From the human T2T-CHM13v2.0 reference genome, Homo sapiens, in assembly GCF_009914755.1 (NCBI RefSeq), contig NC_060925.1: a stretch of 64,000 bases of DNA; one strand, written 5' to 3'. Within the stretch, counting starts at the first letter, position 1, and every line of letters starts with the position of its first letter. This document shows positions 48,613 through 64,000 of this stretch, one piece after another. Position numbers and translations under genes: made by a program. The notes under the pieces were generated by a model. The model was not told the DNA's origin. It searched no databases and worked only from the letters and a program-made list of their open reading frames with translations.

Positions 48613-49215
48613 AGGGTCTCGCTCTGTCGCCCAGGCTGGAGTGAAGTGACTTGATCTTGGCTCAATGCAACCATCGCCTCCCAGGCTCAAGCTATTCTCC
48701 TGCCTCAGCCTCCCAAGTAGCTAGGATTATAGGCATGTGTCACCATGCCCAGCTAATTTTTGTATTTTTATTTATTTTTTGAAATTATCTTTTTTTCTTT
48801 TTTTCTTTTTTTTTTTTGAGACAGGGTCTCACTCTGTCACCCAGACTGGAGTGCAGTGGTGTGATCTCAGCTCATGGCAACCTCCGCCTCCCAGGCTCAA
48901 GGGGATTTTCCTGCCTCAGCCTCCCAAGTAGCTGGGATTACAGTCACGTGCCACTACTGCCCAGCTAATTTTTGTATTTTTAGTAGAGTCAGGGTTTCAC
49001 CATGTTGGCCAGTCTGGTCTCGAACTCCTGACCTCAAGTGATCCACCGGCCTCGGCCTCCCAAAGTACTGGGATTACAGGCTTGAGCTACCCTGCCTGGC
49101 CTCCATGTTTCACCTTGTTAATTCCCCCGATTTTTCAGCTTGACTGTCACTTCTTCCAGAATGCCTTCCCTGCCGCCCATGGTAGGTTGGGTTCACTGTT
49201 ATACTCTCCCTGTAG

Positions 49216-49571
<356 letters not shown>

Positions 49572-50564
49572 TAAACTATTCCCTTCCTTTCTGAACTGTG
49601 AATTCCCAAAGGAGAGGGATAGTGTCTGTTTCATTTATTCCTGTCTCCAATGTCTAATAGTCTCTTGGTTCATAATATTTTGGGTGGACTGTTCTCGTTA
49701 ACTCTGTGAAAAAAACAAGATAATAATGCACATAAATACAGAGCCCAACATTTAGCAAACTCTTAATAAATGAGATTTGTTAGTAGTATTAACAACAGAG
49801 TATTGTACTGAGTTTACTTGCCTTGAGAAAACTAATGGGAAGAGCAACAAATTAAGATAGGTATTGTGAATCTAGCTCCGTATCTCACTTGTGATATGCC
49901 CTTGACGAAATGTCTGTTCTTCTCATTTTTCCACTATTTAAATGAACATAAGATATTCATCCTGGTGTCCCACTTAACTTGGTTGCCGTAAAGTCTGCCT
50001 TTTGCCAGACCACACCTGAAATGCTGTCCTGCGTGCCCCCAGTTTCTAGATTCCATACTATCCTTGTGCTTCTCTGCCTTCTCAGCTATTATTGACCCCT
50101 GACCTTTCTCCCTTCTATTTCTGTCTAGCTCCTCAGTTTGTTACACCAATTGGCTACCTCCCAGCTTTTAGCTTTGAAATACATTTGTCCTCATGATAAA
50201 GACCAAAATCCTTAAGATGCTAATGGAAGCCTCATCTTCTTCCTGCTGTCTTGCTCACTGTGCTCCGGCCACCTGGCTACCCTGAGGTTTCCCAGAGGCA
50301 CGAATCTCCCTGACCAAGGCCTTTGGACCCAACAGTCCTTACGCTTGGAGCAGCATCCCCACCTCTTTATCGGATTCACCCCCAGTCAACTCCTGTTTCA
50401 GCTTTAGCAGCACTTCTTCAGGGAGCATTACTTAGCTTCCTTGGAAGAAATTAGGTTTCTCTGTTATATGCCACCTTCCGTATAGATCAGTGTAATACAC
50501 TGTCAGGACTTCACATTTTATTGTATTTTATTTAATTCTTTTCTTGTCTTTTCTTTTCTTTTGA

Positions 50565-50887
<323 letters not shown>

Positions 50888-51420
50888 TAGTGGCTCACAC
50901 CTTTAATCCCAGCACTTTGGGAGGCCTAGGCAGGCGGATCACCAGAGGCCAGGAGTTCGAGACCAGCCTGCCCAACATGGTAAAACCCTCTCTCTACAAA
51001 ACAAAAAACCAAAAACCAAAATTAGCCGGGTGTGGTGGGTGTGCCTGTAGTCCCAGCTGCTCAGGAGGCTGAGGCAGGAGAATTGCTTGAACCTGGGAGG
51101 CGGAGGTTGCAGTGAGCCGAGATCCACCACTGCATTCCAGCCTGAGCGACAGGGCCAGACTCCGTCTCAAAAATAAATAAACAAATAAATAATTTGGCCG
51201 GGGGCACGGTGGCTCACGCCTGTAATCCCAACACTCTGGGAGGCCGAGGCGGGTGGATCACGAGGTCAGGAGATCAAGACCATCCTGGCTAACACGGTGA
51301 AACCCCGTCTCTACTAAAAATACAAAAGCCAGGCGCAGTGGCTCACGCCTGTAATCCCAGCACTTTGGGAGGCCGAGGCGGGCGCACCACGAGGTCGGGA
51401 GATGGAGACCATCCTGGCTA

Positions 51421-51899
<479 letters not shown>

Positions 51900-52220
51900 T
51901 TAAAAAAAATCTTTTTTGAGACAGGGTCTCACTCTGGTTGCCCAGGCTGGAATGCAGTGGTGCGATCTCGGCTCACTGCAGCTTCGACCTCTCAGGCTTC
52001 AGATGATTCTCCCACCTCAGCCTCCCAAGTAGCTGGTACTACAGATGCGTGCCACCACACCCGGCTAATTTTTTGTATTTTTAGTAGAGACCGAGGTTTC
52101 GCCATGTTGACCCAGGCTGGTCTCAAACTCCTGGACTCAAGCAATCCCCTCGTCTCAGCCTCCCAAAGTGCTGAGATTATAGGCGTGAGCCACTGCGCCC
52201 GGCCCAGAGACGGAGTTTAG

Positions 52221-52367
<147 letters not shown>

Positions 52368-53411
52368 TAGTAGAGACGGGATTTCTGCGTGTTGGTCAGG
52401 CTGGTCTCGAACGCCTGACCTCAGGTGATCCGCCCGCCTCGGCCTCCCAAAGTGCTGGGATTACAGGCGTGAGCCACTGCACCCGGCAGATCTTCACATT
52501 TTAAAAGAGAAATTAAGAATTCAGACTTGAATGTAAAATTCCTGGGGTTAAAATGTAAATCACTGTGGGCCAAATATCTGTAGGTTAGTGACTGCCTATG
52601 GCCTGCCTATTTGCAACCTGTGCTGCTCAACCTTTAGCTATACTTGGTAAGTATTTCTGTGTTAATCATCACTCCATCATCATTCCACTTATTAACTGTC
52701 CACTCCATGCCAGGCACTGTCTTGGTGCTTTACGCAGATGATTTCATGTAATCTCCAAAACCATCTGTGAGGTCAAGTAAGGTTCAGAGAGGTTAAGACG
52801 CTTGCCCACGGTCAGGAAGTGGTGGAACCAGATGCTATAGGTCTTTCCAATAGACTTTTGTGTGTCCAGGTACAATTTGTCAGTTTAGAATGGGAGGGCC
52901 TTGAATCTTAAATTCAGCTGGAAAAAAAAAAAAGGATGAGAGAGGCTCTGAAGCTCTGCCTGACAATGACAACAACCATTAATATTTGTTGCGTGCTCAC
53001 TGTGTGCCAGGCCTTGTGCTAAGCGCTTTATGTGATCTAATTTAATCCTCACAACACCTATGTAAAGGAGCTGCTGTTATCATCCCCATTTTATAGATGA
53101 GGAAACTGAAGTGTAGAATAGGTATCTGATTGCTGTGCACGGTGGCTCACGCCTGTAATCCCAGCACTTTGGAAGGCTGAGGCAGGCAGATCACCTGAGA
53201 CCAGGAATTAGAGACCAGCCTGGCCAACATGGTGAAACTCTGTCTCTACTAAAAATACAAAAAATTAGCCGGGCATGGTGGCAGGCGCCTGTGAGGCAGG
53301 AGGATTGCTTGAACCCAGGAGGCGGAGGCTTCAGTGAGCCGAGATCACACCATTGCACCCCAGCCTGGGCAACAAGAGCGAAACTCAATCTCAAAAAAAA
53401 AAAAAAAAAAA

Positions 53412-53469
53412 GAATAGGTATCTGATTTACCCAAGGTATAGAACAGGTATCTGATTTACCCGAGGTAAA
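53412..53469 (+). repeat. 29-bp tandem duplication next to an Alu TSD
   Basis: GAATAGGTATCTGATTTACCCAAGGTATA / GAACAGGTATCTGATTTACCCGAGGTAAA. The first part also occurs at ~53115 as the Alu TSD. Confidence 0.8.
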
Positions 53470-53667
53470 GACAGAATTCAAATGCAGACAATTGAATGCC
53501 ACAGCTCCCTGCTTTTAGCAATTTGGTTTTGTGGCAGATTATGGGATGATGACAGCAAAAAGGGAGAAATCTGTAAATCAGTCTTTCTCCAATCCAGAGC
53601 CTAATAGAGGACTCAATTGAAAGAAGAATCCCACCAGGTACTTCCAGGAACCTGATATTGAGAGATG

Positions 53668-53686
53668 TGGCCGGCAGGTGGCAGCA
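53668..53686 (+). promoter_or_regulatory. Candidate CTCF site
   Basis: TGGCCGGCAGGTGGCAGCA closely fits the CTCF core and lies in non-repeat sequence between the two genes. Confidence 0.6.
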
Positions 53687-54179
53687 ACATTCATAGTTTC
53701 TTCTCTAAATTCAGCAATGTTCAAAGCTATAGAGAGGAAACTATAAATTCACACTCATCATTTGCATATTATCTTCTGATGGGCCCAATCCATTCTTTGC
53801 CAATAAATGTGACTTTTAGTTTCTTAGCTCAGTGAGAACTGCCAGGCTTGAGAGAACCCTCAGGATTTGAAGCTGCAGTGAAATCATCCAATCCAACAAG
53901 CATCGTGGTGATTTTATTTATTTATTTTATTATTATTATTTATTTCTTTTAGATGTAGGGTCGCACTTTGTCGCCCAGGCTGAAGTGCCATGGTACGATC
54001 ATAGCTCACTGTAACCTCAAACTCCTGGGCTCAAGCGATTTTCCTGCCTCAGCCTCCTGAATAGCTGAGACTGTAGGCATCCACCACAGCTGGCTCATTT
54101 TTATTATTTTAATTTTTATAGAGATGGGAGTCTTGCTGTGTTGCCCAGGCCAGTCTTGAACTCCTGTGCTCAAGAGTGA

Positions 54180-54278
<99 letters not shown>

Positions 54279-54672
54279 TAACATGGTGAAACCCAGTTTC
54301 TACTGAAAATACAAAAAATTAGCCAGGTGCAGTGGCAGACGCCTGTAGTCCCAGCTACTCAGGAAGCTGAGGCAGGAGAATTGCTTGAACCGGGAGGCGG
54401 AGGTTGCAGTGAGCCAAGATCGTGCCACTGCACACCAGCCTGGGCAACAGAGCGAGACTCCATCTCAAAAAAAAAAAAAAGAGTGAGCCTTCTGCCTTGG
54501 CCTCCCAAAGTGCTGATCCAGGCCCATTATGGTGATTTTAAACTGTTCAGTGGAACTGTATTTTAGTGATTCCCAACCCTTTTTGAGTTTGCGTTTTAAA
54601 AAATTATTTGGCTGGGTGTAGTGGTTCACGTCTGTAATCCCAGCACTTTGGGGGGCTGAGGCAGGTGGATCA

Positions 54673-54954
<282 letters not shown>

Positions 54955-55165
54955 CTAGCATACTTACCCCAAATCCCACTATCTTCCTACCCCAGAGGAA
55001 AGCTGTGTATTCTTTCAGGTTTAGACTGAATAGAAAAGTATATGCATGGGCAGGTGTGGTGGATCACGCCTGTAATCCCAGCACTTTGGGAGGACGAGGC
55101 GGGAGAATCACTTGAGCTCAGGAGTTCAAGACCAGCCTGGGCAACATGGCAAAACTCTGTCTCTA

Positions 55166-55504
<339 letters not shown>

Positions 55505-55554
55505 TTAGCCGGGCATGGTGGTGGCAAGGGTTAGGGATCACTAAAACACAGCTA

Positions 55555-56712
<1,158 letters not shown>

Positions 56713-57179
56713 CTGCAAAATCTCCTCTCATTCCCCCTTCTAGACACTGCTCTCTCACCCCAAAGGGTAGCTGCTATCCTGGCCTTGAACAGAATATTTT
56801 TGCTTGTCTTGTATTTTATCCACATGAAATCAAACATAGTACTGTGGTCTGGCTTCTTTCACTTAACATTATTTGTGAGAATCATCTATATGGTTGAGTA
56901 TGGTATGTTATAGGGCACAAAAGGCGTAAGGGACAACAAACATTTTGCAAAGAATTTTTAGCACCACTGAGTTTTCTGTCAAGATGATAGCTAGCCATTA
57001 TCTTGAAAACTAGGTGATGGACTGGATCTAATGGAGCACATGGATGAATCTGAGCACTGCAAGGGATGGTCTGGGAGGTTTTGTACCTTTCCTTCCATCC
57101 TCTCAGCCTTCCCAATGGGCAAAGCTTTTGAAAACAATTCAGTGAGGGCTTCAATTCTCCTTGTATCTTTCTCTCTGTT

Positions 57180-58123
<944 letters not shown>

Positions 58124-58157
58124 TAGAGTTTCGTTTGTTTTGTTTTTTGTTTTTTGA

Positions 58158-58638
<481 letters not shown>

Positions 58639-58797
58639 TGATGAATTTTCTTTCTTTTAAACATTTTTTCTACTGTACTATTTTTCGGATTTAGTGAAGT
58701 ATAATTGATGAGCAATAAAATGAATTTTTTTTTTTTTTAGACAGGCTTTTGCTCTGTCACACAAGCTGGAGTGTAGTGGCATGATTTTGACTCATTT

Positions 58798-59321
58798 TGT
58801 GATACGCTACCTTGTTTTAACCTGAGTGACTCTCTCCTAGCAGAAAGAGAGCCAGACAGACTCCATTTTAGTTTCTTCACTTGTAACCCCTTTCACCTCC
58901 CTCCAGGCATAGCTAGTGTAAATCTGACTCAAGGCATGTCCAGGAATGCACCTGTTGATAAGATGGTGAGGCAAGCTGCACCAGCAGTTCCTGGGGGTGT
59001 GCGCGGTGGATGGCACCCAACACCCCTGCGTTTATCTCTTTGTGATAGCTTAAGTTCCTGCACCTGGAACTGTTTATTTTTTTGTAACTGCATTTGTAAC
59101 CAATTAATTTTTTAACCTTTTGCCAGTTCTGCTTCTGTAAAAATTGTTTCAGTTAAAAGCCCCCCACCCCTATTTAGACCAAGGTATAATAACTAACCTA
59201 GCCCCTTCCTCGGGGCCGAGAGAATTTTGGGCATTAGCTGCCTCTCGATTGCCGGCTAATAAAGGACTCTTTAATTTGTCTCAAAGTGTGGCATTTCTCT
59301 ATAACTCGCTTGGTTACAACA
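58798..59321 (+). mobile_element. Solo ERV1 LTR, LTR6-like (HERV-S71/HERV-T), inserted in an antisense AluJ
   Basis: TG...CA termini (TGTGATAC...TACAACA); 4-bp TSD ATTT (58794-58797 and 59322-59325); TATAAT 59185; AATAAA 59258. Host Alu resumes exactly after the TSD. Family recognised from memory. Confidence 0.82.
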
Positions 59322-59869
59322 ATTTCAACCTCCACCTCCCAGGCTCAAGCTATCCTCACAACTAAGTCTCCCAAGTAGCTGGGACTACAGGTGCCCATCA
59401 CCATACCTGACTAATTTTTGTTTTTTTTTTTTTTTTTTGAGACAGAGTCTCGCTCTGTCACCCAGGCTCTGGAGTGCAGTGGCGCAAACTCGGCTCACTG
59501 CAAGCTCTGCCTCCCATGTTCATGCCATTCTCCTGCCTCAGCCTCCTGAATAGCTGGGACTACAGGTGCCCGCCACCAGGCCTGGCTAATTTTTTTGTAT
59601 TTTTAGTAGAGATGGGGTTTCACTGTGTTAGTCAGGATAGTCTTGATCTCCTGGCCTTGTGATCCACCTGCCTCGGCCTCCCAAAGTGCTGGGATTACAG
59701 GCGTGAGCCACCGCGCCCAGACTAATTTTTGTATTTTTTTTTTTTTTGTAGAGACAGGGTTTTGCCATGTTGTCCAGGTTGGTCTCGAACTAGTGAGCTC
59801 AAGCGATCTGCCTGCCTTAACCTTCCAAAGTGCTGGGATTACAGGCAGGAGCCACTGCACCCAGCCTTG

Positions 59870-62870
<3,001 letters not shown>

Positions 62871-63349
62871 TTGTGTGATACAATGGGTTTGCATTTAGAA
62901 GGGTCCTCTGGCAGCAGCAAGGAAGGTTTTCGGAGGGTGATAGCCTAGGGCCTGAAACTACTGAGACTTGGAGAGAAGTGATGGTGGCTTTCACTAGGTG
63001 ATAGTAGTGAAGGATATCGAAATGAATTAAAATACTGGGGATGTAGAATGACTGGACTTAATGGCTTGAGGGAAGTGTCCAGAATGATTCCTGGGTTTCT
63101 TACGCACAACACTGAGGGTAGATAACTTGCTTGTACGTTTTTTGCACTTCAAATTGGTCCTCAATAAATAGTTTTTCCTTTGGGGAGGTTATGATTGAAA
63201 TTTGGCCAGTCAGGGATACAGTTTTCTCAAACAACACTCTTGTATCAGTTCCCTTTTTGGGTACTGCCTGGAGCCCAGTATTGAACCCTGTCCTCCCAAG
63301 CCCAAAGACCTTTGCCTCCCATAGTACCAGGAAAGGTGCCCAAGTTCTT

Positions 63350-64000
63350 TTACACACAAGGTGCGCAGAGCGGCCAGCGCATGCCCAGAGAGGTCGTAAG
63401 GAGGACGACCGCCCGGAGAGAAAGGACGCACGCTTCCCGCCATTTTGTTCAGCTTGCCGGGCAACCGGCCCCTGCTGGGGACTACAAGTCCCGTAAGCCT
63501 CCGCGGCGGCACGTCCTACCCTACACTGTCCAGCCGGCTCCCTTTTTCCCCCTCCCCGGGGGCCAAGGGCTCCGGCTGCTGCCTGGCGGCCAACGGGCCA
63601 GGTAGGATTTCCGGGAGAGGCTGCTGTGGAGGCTGAGGAGGCGGCGGCGGAGATCTGGGTAAGTTCAGCGAGCAAGGGAAAGTGAGCAGGACGCGCTCAG
63701 TATCAGGCTGCGGCCTCCTCTCAGGCTGCGGCCCCTTTCTTGGCTCTGCGAGAGGGTCCCGGTCCGGGCAGAAGGTAACGGCCCGGGTCGCCGTCGCTTC
63801 GGGCCAGGGCGGGGCGGGGCCGCCGCCTCCCTCCTCGGCCCTCCCACAACGGTCCAACCCGGGCTTCTCCGCCTGAGGCAGGGCCCGCGCAGGCTCGCCC
63901 TCTCCGCCCCCCGAGACTTGGCTGGGCCCTTTTGTCTGGGCTGCGTTGCTCCCCCTTTGTGTCCGTGCATGGAGTCTCCGCCACGGGGGAGCCTGTTCCC
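63350..64000 (+). promoter_or_regulatory. PHACTR4: CpG-island promoter of the next + strand gene (probably PHACTR4)
   Basis: Very high GC/CpG. YY1 CCGCCATTTT 63437-63446; ZNF143/THAP11 motif ACTACAAGTCCC 63481-63492; NRF1-like GCGCATGCCC ~63377; GC boxes ~63807-63820. Gene name comes from recalled synteny with MED18, not from coding sequence. Confidence 0.8.
63430..63658 (+). other. PHACTR4: Non-coding first exon (probably PHACTR4), start approximate
   Basis: GGC-rich leader ending at consensus donor TGG|GTAAGT (GT 63659-63660). Confidence 0.65.

Noticed and set aside
63100-63984. ORFs of up to 191 aa over the second CpG island
   Set aside because: Stop-poor GC-rich promoter sequence with low-complexity products and no recognisable domain.

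Overview
Primate (human-like) genomic DNA, not prokaryotic: no operons, CRISPR arrays, rRNA or tRNA genes. The window holds the complete MED18 gene on the + strand: CpG promoter and non-coding exon 1 at ~22.85 kb, coding exons 24499-24571 and 28253-28806 giving 208 aa, and a 3'UTR to ~29.81 kb with an inverted Alu pair. A second CpG-island promoter and first exon at the right edge (~63.4-64.0 kb) is assigned to PHACTR4 from recalled gene order (SESN2-MED18-PHACTR4, human 1p35). The rest is very Alu-dense (over 100 copies by eye, often nested), with L1, L2, MIR, MaLR/ERV LTR and DNA-transposon relics. Almost all ORFs in the supplied track are Alu translations. I see no evidence of a new multi-gene system. 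The most notable structures are: (1) a 303-bp, 97%-identical templated inverted duplication inserted cleanly into an AluJ with CTG microhomology at both ends; (2) a second, 26-bp templated inverted insertion inside an Alu; (3) the MED18 3'UTR inverted Alus with an ATTAAA between them; (4) a solo LTR6-like LTR ~4 kb upstream of the second promoter; (5) a DYNLL1 retrocopy fragment, a non-coding retrocopy and a ~60-nt orphan retroposed insert. Repeat family names are recognised from memory and repeat boundaries are approximate.
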